Of a stretch of 64,000 nt of DNA, positions 46,358-55,345 are shown one piece after another; position 1 is the stretch's first letter; each line of letters begins with the position of its first letter. The notes under the pieces are model-generated. The model did no database searches and had not been told where the DNA came from. It saw only the letters and a program-made list of their open reading frames with translations. The stretch lies in NCBI GenBank assembly GCA_019075905.1, contig JAGXAM010000011.1:22849-86848 (forward strand), written 5' to 3'. A program made the translations under genes and the position numbers. The DNA is from Hyphomicrobiales bacterium. GTDB lineage: Bacteria; Pseudomonadota; Alphaproteobacteria; Rhizobiales; Beijerinckiaceae.

Positions 46358-47245
46358 TCAACGCGCCCGGGCCAGCAACTCATAGTGCTCGCGCACCAGA
46401 AGCGCGCCATATTTGCGCTCCAGCCGCCGCACCGTGAAATGACCATGCGCCAAATTCTGAAAATGGGCGATGAAGGCGAGGTTGACGCTGGCGCCGCCCA
46501 TCGCCCCGATGACCGGCACCGCCTGCGCTGCCAGCTTTTGCGACAGCGTGACACCAAAGCGCCCGGCAATCTGGGTCATCAGCCGCACCAGCACCGGGGC
46601 GGCCTCATCAACCACCTGGGCACTTGCCAGATAGCGCACGGCTTCATGCACCGACTGCGCCAGCATGATCCGCGCCGCAAAATACGAGCTCTCCAGCGCG
46701 GCAGCGTCACTGGCCTTGCCGCCCCCGAGCGCCAGCACTTCGAGGCAGGCCACCGCTGCATCCGGCTGGTTGAGGTCCTCGCCTTCATGCAGAGCAATTT
46801 CGCCGATCGAACGCAGCATCAGCGCCGTCGAGACCGGAATTTCAAGCGCCATGGCCCCGAGGCCGAAAGCGCCGCCAGCCGCGCCGGTCATCGCCACCAT
46901 GCGCCGCGATCTTGATTTCGACGCCCTGATCTCCGCTAGCGACACCAGATTGGCCTCGACGTGGCGGCGTTTCAGCGTTGCCAGCGCCGTATGCAGGGCC
47001 ACGCGCAGCCCCATGGCCGCGCCGCGCTGCGCCATCTTCGCAAAACGCGCCGGGATAAATTGCCCGACAATATCCAGCTGCCGCCCGGTAAAGGCGCTGA
47101 CCCGCGCCACCAGGCTGGTGCGCTCAAGCGCCGCCACCGCCGCCTTGAGACTTTCCATATCCGCGGGAGAAATTTCCACCTGCTGCCCTTCGAAAATTTG
47201 CGGGGCCGTCGCCGGGTGGCGTTGAAATGAACGGTCTGAAGTCAT
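46358..47245 (-). CDS. EcsC-family protein
   Basis: Start at MTSDRSF. Central GAAGGAFGLGAMALEIPVSTALMLRSIGEIA segment is typical of EcsC (PF12787, from memory). Confidence 0.7.
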   Translation of the reverse strand: MTSDRSFQRHPATAPQIFEGQQVEISPADMESLKAAVAALERTSLVARVSAFTGRQLDIVGQFIPARFAKMAQRGAAMGLRVALHTALATLKRRHVEANLVSLAEIRASKSRSRRMVAMTGAAGGAFGLGAMALEIPVSTALMLRSIGEIALHEGEDLNQPDAAVACLEVLALGGGKASDAAALESSYFAARIMLAQSVHEAVRYLASAQVVDEAAPVLVRLMTQIAGRFGVTLSQKLAAQAVPVIGAMGGASVNLAFIAHFQNLAHGHFTVRRLERKYGALLVREHYELLARAR

Positions 47246-47631
47246 GATGCGAACCTCTTGCGGCCAATATGCCGACAACCTGAGCCTATATGGGGTCGCC
47301 CATAGAACCGCGAAAGGCCACCGCAGCGGAAAAATCCTGCGCCGCCGCGACCCGCCAAAGCCGCTGTGTTAACCGCATTTTGGCGGTTGTGTTAGGTATT
47401 GGCGCAGGCTCGTCAAGCAAGCCCACAACAGGCACACCCCGCCACTGTCATGATTTTAGCAGCAATTTCAACGGTTTGCGCTGAAATTATTCAAATTGTA
47501 GCTAATTTTCCAACCAAGTATTGATCTTAATGACCAAAAGTACAAACGTAAATCGATTTCAATAAAATGCCATTGTTTTATTTTCAGTCATGGCAAAATC
47601 CCGCGTCCATAGTCTCAGCAGTTCAGGAGAC

Positions 47632-48264
47632 ATGGTCATGCGTCGGTTTATTGGAACAATTATTGCCTCAATGATTTCAGTTGCAGCATTTTCGATGATG
47701 ACCGCGCCGCAGGCCGGTGCCGCCATGATGCAGACTTCGGCGACGCAGGTCGGGCCGCAGACCAGCGTGCCTTACGGCTGGGTTGATTTTTGCCAGCGCT
47801 ATCACAACCAGTGCCCGGACAACATGCTGCCGGCCCGCGACATTGCGCTGAATGCCCGCAGTTTTGCTGAAATAAGCGACGTCAATCACATGGTCAATCA
47901 GGCCATCCAGCCCACCACCGACGAAGATCATTGGCACAAGATTGACCAGTGGGACCTGCCGATGGACGGGCGCGGCGATTGCGAGGATTATGCCCTGCTG
48001 AAGCGCAAATTGCTGATCGAAAGAGGTTTCCCGCGCCAGGCCCTGCTCATCACCGTGGTTCGTGATGAACATAATGAAGGCCATGCCATCCTGACGATGG
48101 TCACCGACCATGGCGACTTCGTGCTCGACAATCTGAGAGATTCGATCAAGCCGTGGAGCCAGACCGGTTATCGCTTCATCAAGCGTCAGTCGCAGCAGAA
48201 CCCCAATATCTGGGTGCGCATCGACGGCGCCGCCAATGTCGCGGTCGTCGCCAGCAACAACTGA
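47632..48264 (+). CDS. secreted transglutaminase-like cysteine peptidase (BTLCP / LapG-like, peptidase C93)
   Basis: AGGAGA SD plus ATG at 47632. Signal peptide ..MMTAPQAGA. Catalytic-triad context GRGDCEDYALLKRKLL (Cys), EGHAILT (His), FVLDNL (Asp). Confidence 0.85.
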   Translation: MVMRRFIGTIIASMISVAAFSMMTAPQAGAAMMQTSATQVGPQTSVPYGWVDFCQRYHNQCPDNMLPARDIALNARSFAEISDVNHMVNQAIQPTTDEDHWHKIDQWDLPMDGRGDCEDYALLKRKLLIERGFPRQALLITVVRDEHNEGHAILTMVTDHGDFVLDNLRDSIKPWSQTGYRFIKRQSQQNPNIWVRIDGAANVAVVASNN

Positions 48265-48274
48265 CGCGCAGTTC

Positions 48275-49096
48275 CTAAATCAGGTTCAGCCAGGCGATCG
48301 ACGCAAATCCGGCAATCGCGCAATAATAGGCAAAGGGCGCCAGCGCCCCTTGGTCATGGGCTTTGAACCAGCGCATGAGAAAGCTGGTGCTGGCATAGGC
48401 AAACAGCCCCGAAACCACAAAGCACATCAGCGCCAGCAGCCCGAACGCATGATGGTCGATCTTCGGGATTTCATGGGCGGCGGCACCAAAAATGATCGGC
48501 GTCGCCATCAGGAAGGCAAAACGGGCTGAATCCTCATGGTTGAGCCCGACAAAAATGCCGCCGAGCACCGTGGTGCCCGAGCGTGAAAAGCCCGGGATCA
48601 GCGCCAGCGCCTGCGCAAAGCCAATACCGAGCGCGCTTTCCCAACCCATCGTATCAAGCGTGACGGTGCCGTCGGATTTGCGCAGTCGCTCGCCCAGCAA
48701 CAGCAACAAGCCATTGATAACAAGGAATACCGCCGCCAGCATCGGCGTCGCAAAGGCATGTTTCAGTTTCTTTTCGAGCAGGAAGCCGAGCACGGCAGCC
48801 GGGATCGTCGCAATCACCAGCATGATGAACAGACGCCGGTCGAGCGCCCCTCGATCGCTCTTGCGCCCGAGCACCGAGAGACCGAATTCCAGCCAGTCAT
48901 GGCGGAAGTAAATCAGCAGCGCGACTGCCGTGCCAAAATGCATGGTCACGACGAGCGGCAGAAAATTGTCACTCTTTTCAATGGCATGCCAGCCGAGCAG
49001 CGCCGGAACGATCACCGTATGGCCGAGGCTGCTGACCGGAAACAATTCAGTGACGCCTTGAAGGATGGAAAGCAGCAATGCCTGGAGGAACGACAT
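48275..49096 (-). CDS. uppP: undecaprenyl-diphosphate phosphatase
   Basis: Start at MSFLQALLLSILQGVTELFPVSSLGH (BacA signature). PGFSRSG motif. The longer ORF-track start at 49201 was rejected. Confidence 0.93.
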   Translation of the reverse strand: MSFLQALLLSILQGVTELFPVSSLGHTVIVPALLGWHAIEKSDNFLPLVVTMHFGTAVALLIYFRHDWLEFGLSVLGRKSDRGALDRRLFIMLVIATIPAAVLGFLLEKKLKHAFATPMLAAVFLVINGLLLLLGERLRKSDGTVTLDTMGWESALGIGFAQALALIPGFSRSGTTVLGGIFVGLNHEDSARFAFLMATPIIFGAAAHEIPKIDHHAFGLLALMCFVVSGLFAYASTSFLMRWFKAHDQGALAPFAYYCAIAGFASIAWLNLI

Positions 49097-49387
49097 GGTT
49101 CGATCTTTCGTGCGAAGTTGCGAATCACTGGCAGGAATCCCAGCTGCGCTTTGCCGTGTCGCTCGGAGCTTGTAAAGGCTGCGGGGCGCCTGCAAGCGCA
49201 CACGAAGACCGCCCCGCGCAGGACATGTCGCTGGTTCATTGAGCGTTCATGCACGCCACCTTAGCCTGATGAAATGTGGCGTTCATGGGTCACTTTCGCA
49301 GCAATTGACCTGCGGAGAAAATCGCCACATTGTTGTGATAGCGGGAAAATTGTTCCGGCAGTTTTCCTGGCTTTTGAGGAGATTGGC

Positions 49388-50131
49388 ATGAAAGTTCATT
49401 TGAGAGTGGCGGCCCTCGCGGCTGCGTTGTTTATCGCGGCCCCGCTGACTATGGCACCGGCTTCGGCAGCCTCGGTCATGCAGGCGTGCAGCGCGAAATA
49501 TCAGGCGGCGAAATCCGCCAACACGCTGGGCGGCGCGACCTGGGGCACGTTCCTGCGCCAGTGCCGCGCCGAAGGCACCGGTGCGATCGTTGTCGCCCGC
49601 GCGAAAAAAACTGCGGTTGCAGCCGGCGGCAATTCAGCCAAGGCCTGTAAAGCCAATTACAAGGCTGCCAAAGCTGGCGGCACGCTCAATGGCATGAAGA
49701 AAAAGGCGTTTATGGCGCAATGCGAGAGCGGCACCGCTGCTGCTGCGCCGGCCGCTGCAGCCCCGGCCGCGCCCATGGCCAAAGCCGGCACCCCGAAGAA
49801 AACCTGCAACGCCGATTACAAGGCCGCCAAGGCCGGTGGCACGCTCAATGGCATGAAGAAGAAGGCCTATATGGCTCAATGCGAGGCCGGCACCGCAGCC
49901 CCCGCTGCTGCCCCCGCCGCCGTGACCCCGGCTGCAGCACCGGTGAAGGCCACGGCGCCCGCAGCCGCCGGCACCCAGACCGCAGGCCGCGCGGCAGAAC
50001 ATGCTCGCCAGAAGCAGTGCGGTGCGCAGTGGCGCGCCAACAAGGCGCAGCTCATCGCCGCAACGCCGGGCCTCACCTGGCCGAAATATTGGAGCACCTG
50101 CAACAAGCAGCTCAAGGCCGCAGGCCACTGA
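49388..50131 (+). CDS. secreted PsiF-repeat protein (four Cys..Cys modules separated by Ala/Pro-rich linkers)
   Basis: GAGGAG SD plus ATG at 49388, with a signal peptide ..APASA|AS. Modules such as CKANYKAAKAGGTLNGMKKKAFMAQC resemble the E. coli PsiF unit C-x6-A-x4-LKGDxRKx[FY]MSxC. Confidence 0.7.
   Translation: MKVHLRVAALAAALFIAAPLTMAPASAASVMQACSAKYQAAKSANTLGGATWGTFLRQCRAEGTGAIVVARAKKTAVAAGGNSAKACKANYKAAKAGGTLNGMKKKAFMAQCESGTAAAAPAAAAPAAPMAKAGTPKKTCNADYKAAKAGGTLNGMKKKAYMAQCEAGTAAPAAAPAAVTPAAAPVKATAPAAAGTQTAGRAAEHARQKQCGAQWRANKAQLIAATPGLTWPKYWSTCNKQLKAAGH
49646..49900 (+). repeat. in-frame tandem duplication (159-bp period) inside the PsiF-repeat gene
   Basis: The module beginning TGT at 49646 and the module beginning TGC at 49805 are near identical at protein level (CKANYKAAKAGGTLNGMKKKAFMAQCES vs CNADYKAAKAGGTLNGMKKKAYMAQCEA). 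Confidence 0.75.
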
Positions 50132-50170
50132 AACCCGGCGCGGACCCTTGACCCGCGCCTGAAACACGCA

Positions 50171-50203
50171 GGGCCGCACCTTTGCCGGGTGCGGCCCTTT
50201 TTT
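50171..50203 (+). terminator. Rho-independent terminator after the PsiF-repeat gene
   Basis: GGGCCGCACC-TTTGCCG-GGTGCGGCCC followed by TTTTTT. Confidence 0.8.
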
Positions 50204-50230
50204 CGTGCGGCTTCAGCAGCTGCGCCCGCC

Positions 50231-50827
50231 TCAATGGCCGATATAAGCGAAGGCGGAAATTGCGACCCCGGCGACCGTCAGCCCGATGGACGCCAGCCAC
50301 GGCCATTTCTGGCCCTTGGTGATGATCGCCACCGTCGCAATGGCAATGGCGACATGCACCAGCGTGACACCAATCGTCAAAATATGATGGCGGCTTTCAT
50401 GGCCTTCGGCCTCGGCGAGTTTCTCGTCGCGATGCTTCTCGTATTCCTTGGCCTTGTTGATGATTTCCTTGCCGCGACCGGCATTGTGGTCAGCTGCAGC
50501 CTTGTTGGCGGCCGCGTTCGGCCCACCATTGCTGGCAGCGATTTCATACATCGTCTGCTTCAGCATTTTCGCCTGGTAATAGGCATATTGATCAGACGCC
50601 ATATTCTGCGCGAGCACCGCCGTGTTCTTTTCGGAAATCGCCTTGCCGCTCTCCACCGTTTCAAGGCTGCCGATGGTCGCCGCAATCACCGCCAGAATGG
50701 CAATGGTGACTGACACGGTCATGATGAACGGGTTGGATTCATGCGAGGCATGCTCGGCATGTTCAGCATGTTCGAGGTGTTCTGACGTCTGATCTTCCAA
50801 AATCGGCTTCCTTTCGCGAAACCTCAA
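50231..50827 (-). CDS. DUF4337-family membrane protein with His-rich N-terminus
   Basis: EHLEHAEHAEHASHE, then a TM helix, a coiled region and two C-terminal TM helices. A more likely start is the TTG at 50800, preceded by AAGGAAG. Confidence 0.65.
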   Translation of the reverse strand: MRFRERKPILEDQTSEHLEHAEHAEHASHESNPFIMTVSVTIAILAVIAATIGSLETVESGKAISEKNTAVLAQNMASDQYAYYQAKMLKQTMYEIAASNGGPNAAANKAAADHNAGRGKEIINKAKEYEKHRDEKLAEAEGHESRHHILTIGVTLVHVAIAIATVAIITKGQKWPWLASIGLTVAGVAISAFAYIGH

Positions 50828-50883
50828 CTATGCACGAAGCCACAATGAGCGCAACTGTCTTGCGCGTGCCCCCGGCGCGCGGC

Positions 50884-52416
50884 TCACAAGGGGATATTAT
50901 CGTGCTTTTTCCACGGGTTCTCCAACATCTTGCCGCGCAGCATCGCCAGCGCCCGCGCCACCCGCCGCCGCGTAGCATGTGGCATGATGACTTCGTCAAT
51001 ATAGCCGCGCTCGGCGGCAACAAACGGCGACAGGAACCGTTCTTCATAATCCTTGGCGCGCGTGGCAATCTTGTCGTCATCGCCGATATCGGCGCGGAAG
51101 ATGATCTCGACCGCGCCCTTGGCACCCATCACCGCAATCTGCGCCGTCGGCCAGGCATAATTGACATCGCCGCGCAGGTGCTTGGAGGCCATCACGTCAT
51201 AGGCGCCACCAAAGGCCTTGCGGGTGATGATGGTGACCTTGGGCACCGTGGCTTCGGCAAAGGCGAACAGCAGCTTGGCTCCATGCTTGATCAGCCCGCC
51301 ATATTCCTGCGCCGTGCCCGGCAGGAACCCCGGGACATCGACCAGCGTGATGATGGGAATGCTGAAGCAGTCGCAGAAGCGCACGAACCGCGCCGCTTTG
51401 CGTGAGGCATCGGCATCGAGCACGCCCGCCAGCACCAGCGGCTGGTTGGCGACGATCCCCACCGTGCGCCCCTCGATGCGGGCAAAGCCGGTGATGATAT
51501 TGCGAGCATGCGCCTCCTGGATTTCGAAAAAGTCGCCTTCATCGACCAGTTTGGCGATGAGTTCGTGCATGTCATAGGGCTTGTTGGCGCTTTGCGGGAT
51601 CAGCGTGTCGAGCGACATATCCATGCGCTCGCCGTCATCGAAGGTCGGGATTTCCGGCACGTCGGCAGTGTTGGATTCCGGCAGGAAGTCGATCAGCCGG
51701 CGCATCTGCAGCAAGGCCTCGACCTCATTGTCATAGGCCTTGTCGGCGATCGAGGATTTGGTCGTATGCACCGAGGCGCCGCCGAGCTCCTCGGCCGTGA
51801 CACTTTCATTGGTCACGGTTTTCACGACATCCGGCCCGGTCACGAACATATAGCTGGTATCGCGCACCATGAAGATGAAGTCGGTCATGGCCGGCGAATA
51901 GACATCACCGCCGGCGCAGGGGCCCATGATCACCGAGATTTGCGGAATAACGCCGGAGGCCAGCACATTGCGCTGGAACACCTCGCCATAGCCGCCGAGC
52001 GCCGCGACGCCCTCCTGGATGCGCGCGCCGCCGGCATCGAACAGCCCAATGATCGGCGCCCGGTTCTTGAGCGCCATATCCTGAATCTTGGTGATCTTCT
52101 GCGCATGGGTCTCGGACAGCGAGCCGCCAAACACCGTGAAATCCTTGGCGAACAGAAACACGGTGCGCCCGTTGACCGTGCCCCAGCCGGTCACCACGCC
52201 ATCGCCCGGCACATGGCTCTTGTCCATGTCGAAATCCGTGGCGCGGTGCTGCACGAACATGTCGAATTCTTCAAACGAACCCTCGTCGAGCAGCAATTCG
52301 ATGCGCTCGCGCGCCGTCAGCTTGCCGCGCTTGTGCTGGGCCGCAACCCGCGCCGCGCCGCCACCAGCCCGCGCCAGCTCGCGGCGCGCTTCAAGGGATT
52401 CGAGAATTTCTTTCAT
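50884..52416 (-). CDS. pccB: propionyl-CoA carboxylase beta chain (acyl-CoA carboxyltransferase)
   Basis: 510 aa with full-length carboxyltransferase similarity (..GGARIQEGV.., ..[13 protein letters not shown].., ..[11 protein letters not shown]..). Confidence 0.95.
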   Translation of the reverse strand: MKEILESLEARRELARAGGGAARVAAQHKRGKLTARERIELLLDEGSFEEFDMFVQHRATDFDMDKSHVPGDGVVTGWGTVNGRTVFLFAKDFTVFGGSLSETHAQKITKIQDMALKNRAPIIGLFDAGGARIQEGVAALGGYGEVFQRNVLASGVIPQISVIMGPCAGGDVYSPAMTDFIFMVRDTSYMFVTGPDVVKTVTNESVTAEELGGASVHTTKSSIADKAYDNEVEALLQMRRLIDFLPESNTADVPEIPTFDDGERMDMSLDTLIPQSANKPYDMHELIAKLVDEGDFFEIQEAHARNIITGFARIEGRTVGIVANQPLVLAGVLDADASRKAARFVRFCDCFSIPIITLVDVPGFLPGTAQEYGGLIKHGAKLLFAFAEATVPKVTIITRKAFGGAYDVMASKHLRGDVNYAWPTAQIAVMGAKGAVEIIFRADIGDDDKIATRAKDYEERFLSPFVAAERGYIDEVIMPHATRRRVARALAMLRGKMLENPWKKHDNIPL

Positions 52417-52504
52417 CGGTCAGGCGCTCTTCGCTAAAGCCACAACATCAGCGCTTGTTAGCATAGCCAGGAGCCTTTGCCAGCCGGACTTTGGAGGGGT
52501 AGCG

Positions 52505-52687
52505 CCCCCGTCATGGCGAGGAGCGCACACACCCGTCATTGCGAGCGAAGCGACGAAGCAACCCAGGAGGTTGCAGAACCCACCCGGCAATATCCCACCA
52601 GCCACCTGGGTTGCTTCGCTTCGCTCGCAATGACGGCGGGTGAGGTATTGCCAACCGCCCCGGTTGCTTCGCTCGCGCTCGCAATGA
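52505..52687. repeat. nested palindromic intergenic repeat, copy D (divergent loop, extra 3' half-arm)
   Basis: The core (52531-52639) has arms CCGTCATTGCGAGCGAAGCGACGAAGCAACCCAGG and CCTGGGTTGCTTCGCTTCGCTCGCAATGACGG. Outer left half-arm CCCCGTCATGGCGAGGAGC. Extra right half-arm GGTTGCTTCGCTCGCGCTCGCAATGA. Lies 17 nt downstream of the amidohydrolase stop. Confidence 0.85.
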
Positions 52688-52703
52688 AAACAAGTGTGCT
52701 TCA

Positions 52704-53537
52704 TCACACCTGTGTAAAGCCGAACAGCCGCGCTGGTGTCTCCCAGAGGATCTTGCGGCGCTCGGCTGCGTTCGGAAACAAGGTCGCAAACAGCGTCAAT
52801 AGCGGCGCGTAATCAACCCGTTCGGGCGCACGCAAAAACGGCCAGTCTGAACCCCACATGCTGGCATCGGCGCCAAAAGCCTCGACCAGCGCCCGCACGA
52901 ACGGCCAGGCGTCCTCATAGGGGTGGGAGCGCTTTGCATATTTGATATAGCCCGAGAGCTTGACGCTGGCCCGCCCGCTGCGCCCCAGCGCCAGCAGCGC
53001 CTGAAATGCTGGCTGCTGCAAGCCTTGCGCCACATCGGGCCTGCCACAATGATCAACCAGCAGGCGGGTGCGCGAGCCCTGCAGCAGCGGCAACAGGCCG
53101 AGCAATTGATCATCCTGCACCTGGATTTGCAGGAACATGTCGAGTGCTTCCAGCTTCGCCAGCAGGCTGCCGGTATCAAGATAATGGTCAAGCCCGTGAA
53201 ACGGCACATTGAACGCGACCCCGACGACGCCCGCATCCTTCAGGCGCTGCAATTCCGCGCGGCTGACATCATGCGGCACAACGGCAACGCCCTTCAGACG
53301 ATCCCGCGCGGCGGCAATGGCAGCGAGCATGCAGCGATTGTCCTCGCCATAACCGGAATTGGGCTGCACCAGCAGCGCCCGCTCGACCCCATGCGCCTGC
53401 ATGACATGATGCAATTGCTTCGCCGTGGTGATTTCCTGCCCCGCAGGCTGGTAGGGCGTTGCCGCCGTATAGGGAAACCCTGCAGGATCCAGCAGATGAC
53501 AATGGCAATCGATTTTCGCTTCGGTGAAGATGGACAT
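52704..53537 (-). CDS. amidohydrolase-2 family protein (LigI/lactonase-like)
   Basis: Start at MSIFTEAKIDCHCHLLDP (HxH metal motif). C-terminal WGSDWPF motif. The ORF-track start at 53708 was rejected. Confidence 0.8.
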   Translation of the reverse strand: MSIFTEAKIDCHCHLLDPAGFPYTAATPYQPAGQEITTAKQLHHVMQAHGVERALLVQPNSGYGEDNRCMLAAIAAARDRLKGVAVVPHDVSRAELQRLKDAGVVGVAFNVPFHGLDHYLDTGSLLAKLEALDMFLQIQVQDDQLLGLLPLLQGSRTRLLVDHCGRPDVAQGLQQPAFQALLALGRSGRASVKLSGYIKYAKRSHPYEDAWPFVRALVEAFGADASMWGSDWPFLRAPERVDYAPLLTLFATLFPNAAERRKILWETPARLFGFTQV

Positions 53538-53692
53538 GGCGATCCGCGCGCGGGAAGGTTGATCTGGCCAAACTAGGCGAAAATCGCGCGCAACGAAACC
53601 CAGCGCCTGCCAGTCAGCGCCGCAGCTTGACGTTGGTTCACTCTGCGCCCTTAAGCTTGCGCAGGTCCGGCGCGAGGCGCCACTTCCGGGGA

Positions 53693-55216
53693 ATGGCCAT
53701 GAAGGCATTTGTCACCGCGCACAGCGCCTATGAGATCGCGCCCATCGATGATCGCATCTATGGCGCCTTTCTCGAACATCTCGGCCGGGCGATCTATACC
53801 GGCATTTTTGAACCCGGCCATCCGGCCGCCGATGCCGACGGCATGCGCGCGGATGTGATGGAACTGGTACGCGAATTGAACCCGCCGCTGGTGCGCTATC
53901 CCGGCGGAAATTTCGTCTCCGCCTATAATTGGGAGGATGGCGTCGGCCCGCGCGCCAGCCGCCCGACAAGGCTCGACCTTGCCTGGCACACCTCCGAATC
54001 CAACGCCTTTGGCACACATGAATTTACGGCATGGTGCAAGCGGGCCGGCACCGCGCCGATGCTGGCGATCAACCTCGGATCGCGCGGCCTCGAAGCGGCG
54101 CGCAATTTCGTGGAATATGTCAACGGCCCGCTCGGCTCAGCCTGGGGCGACTTGCGCAAGGCGCATGGCCATCCCGAGCCTTTCGGTGTCAAATACTGGT
54201 GTCTGGGCAATGAGATGGACGGGCCCTGGCAGATCGGCCAGAAAACCGCCGATGAATATGGCCGCCTCGCCGCCGAGGTTGCCAAAGCCATGCGCGCCTT
54301 TGACAAATCGCTCGAACTGGTGGTCTGCGGCTCATCCAGCTCCGATATGCCGGGCTTTCCCGAGTGGGAGCGCATCGTGCTTGAACACACTTACGATGTG
54401 ATCGACCACATTTCCCTGCACATGTATGTGACGCCCGAAAACACCAGCCTTGCCAATTATCTGGCCCTCAACCAGAAACTGGAGCGCTATATCGGCAGCG
54501 TCGCCGCGGTTATCGAGACGGTGCGCGCCAAGAGGCGCAGCAAGCGACGCGTGACGATCTCCTTTGACGAGTGGAATGTCTGGTATCCCTCGCGCCTGCC
54601 CGACCGCGCCGTGCTCGCCGGTGAGGCGGGATGGCCGCATGCCCCGCGCCTGCATGAGGATGTTTATGATGTGGCAGACATGCTGCAGGTCGGCTGCATT
54701 ATCAACAGCTTCATTCGCCGCGCCGATATCGTCAAGATCGCCTGCATCGCCCAGCTGGTCAATGTGATCGCGCCGATCATGACCGAGCCCGGCGGCCCGA
54801 CCTGGCGCCAGACCATCTTCCACCCCTATCATCTTGCTTCCACCTTCGGGCGCGGCACGGCGCTGAAACTGGCCATGACCTGCCCGGCCTATGACGCCGA
54901 GGCGGCGCTAGAGGTGCCCTGGCTCGATATTGCCGGGGTGCGTGACGCCGCGGGAGGCTTCGTCACAGTCTTCGCCATCAACCGCAACCCCGATGAAGCG
55001 CTGGAGCTTTGCCTCGAACTGACGGGATTTGGCACGCTGGCACTGGCCGATCATCGCACCCTCGCCAGCAATGATCTTTCGGCCAGCAATTCCATGACCC
55101 ATCCTGACGCGGTGACGCCGCGACAGGGCGGCGGTGCAAGGCTCGACGCCTGCCGCCTCACGGCATCGCTGCCGCCGCTGTCCTATCACATGCTACGCCT
55201 CAGAACCGCCGGCTGA
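53693..55216 (+). CDS. abfA: alpha-L-arabinofuranosidase, GH51
   Basis: IDDRIYGAFLEHLGRAIYTGI, VRYPGGNFVSAYNWEDG, YWCLGNEMDGPWQ (acid/base Glu), SFDEWNVW (nucleophile Glu). Confidence 0.9.
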   Translation: MAMKAFVTAHSAYEIAPIDDRIYGAFLEHLGRAIYTGIFEPGHPAADADGMRADVMELVRELNPPLVRYPGGNFVSAYNWEDGVGPRASRPTRLDLAWHTSESNAFGTHEFTAWCKRAGTAPMLAINLGSRGLEAARNFVEYVNGPLGSAWGDLRKAHGHPEPFGVKYWCLGNEMDGPWQIGQKTADEYGRLAAEVAKAMRAFDKSLELVVCGSSSSDMPGFPEWERIVLEHTYDVIDHISLHMYVTPENTSLANYLALNQKLERYIGSVAAVIETVRAKRRSKRRVTISFDEWNVWYPSRLPDRAVLAGEAGWPHAPRLHEDVYDVADMLQVGCIINSFIRRADIVKIACIAQLVNVIAPIMTEPGGPTWRQTIFHPYHLASTFGRGTALKLAMTCPAYDAEAALEVPWLDIAGVRDAAGGFVTVFAINRNPDEALELCLELTGFGTLALADHRTLASNDLSASNSMTHPDAVTPRQGGGARLDACRLTASLPPLSYHMLRLRTAG

Positions 55217-55345
55217 CGCCCGGTGGCCACGCAGCATGGTTGCAATCAGCCAAAAATTGCCTAAAGCCAAGGCAAGGCGCGCATCAAAGGCGCCAGCCGA
55301 AGCCTGACGGCTTCGGCCGCAATTATCGCCGTCGCAATCATCGCC

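Noticed and set aside
47290-47484. 64-aa ORF in the AT-rich region upstream of the BTLCP gene, and a 66-aa ORF at 13099-13299 in the porin leader.
   Set aside because: They have no ribosome-binding site, odd composition and no similarity to anything I recognise. They lie within probable leader or promoter regions.
55296-55317. Perfect 9-bp hairpin GCCGAAGCC-TGAC-GGCTTCGGC after abfA, considered as a terminator. Weaker hairpins follow the XRE gene, EcsC and pccB.
   Set aside because: No U tract follows any of them. They may be stabilising hairpins or Rho-dependent sites, but the evidence is too thin to annotate.
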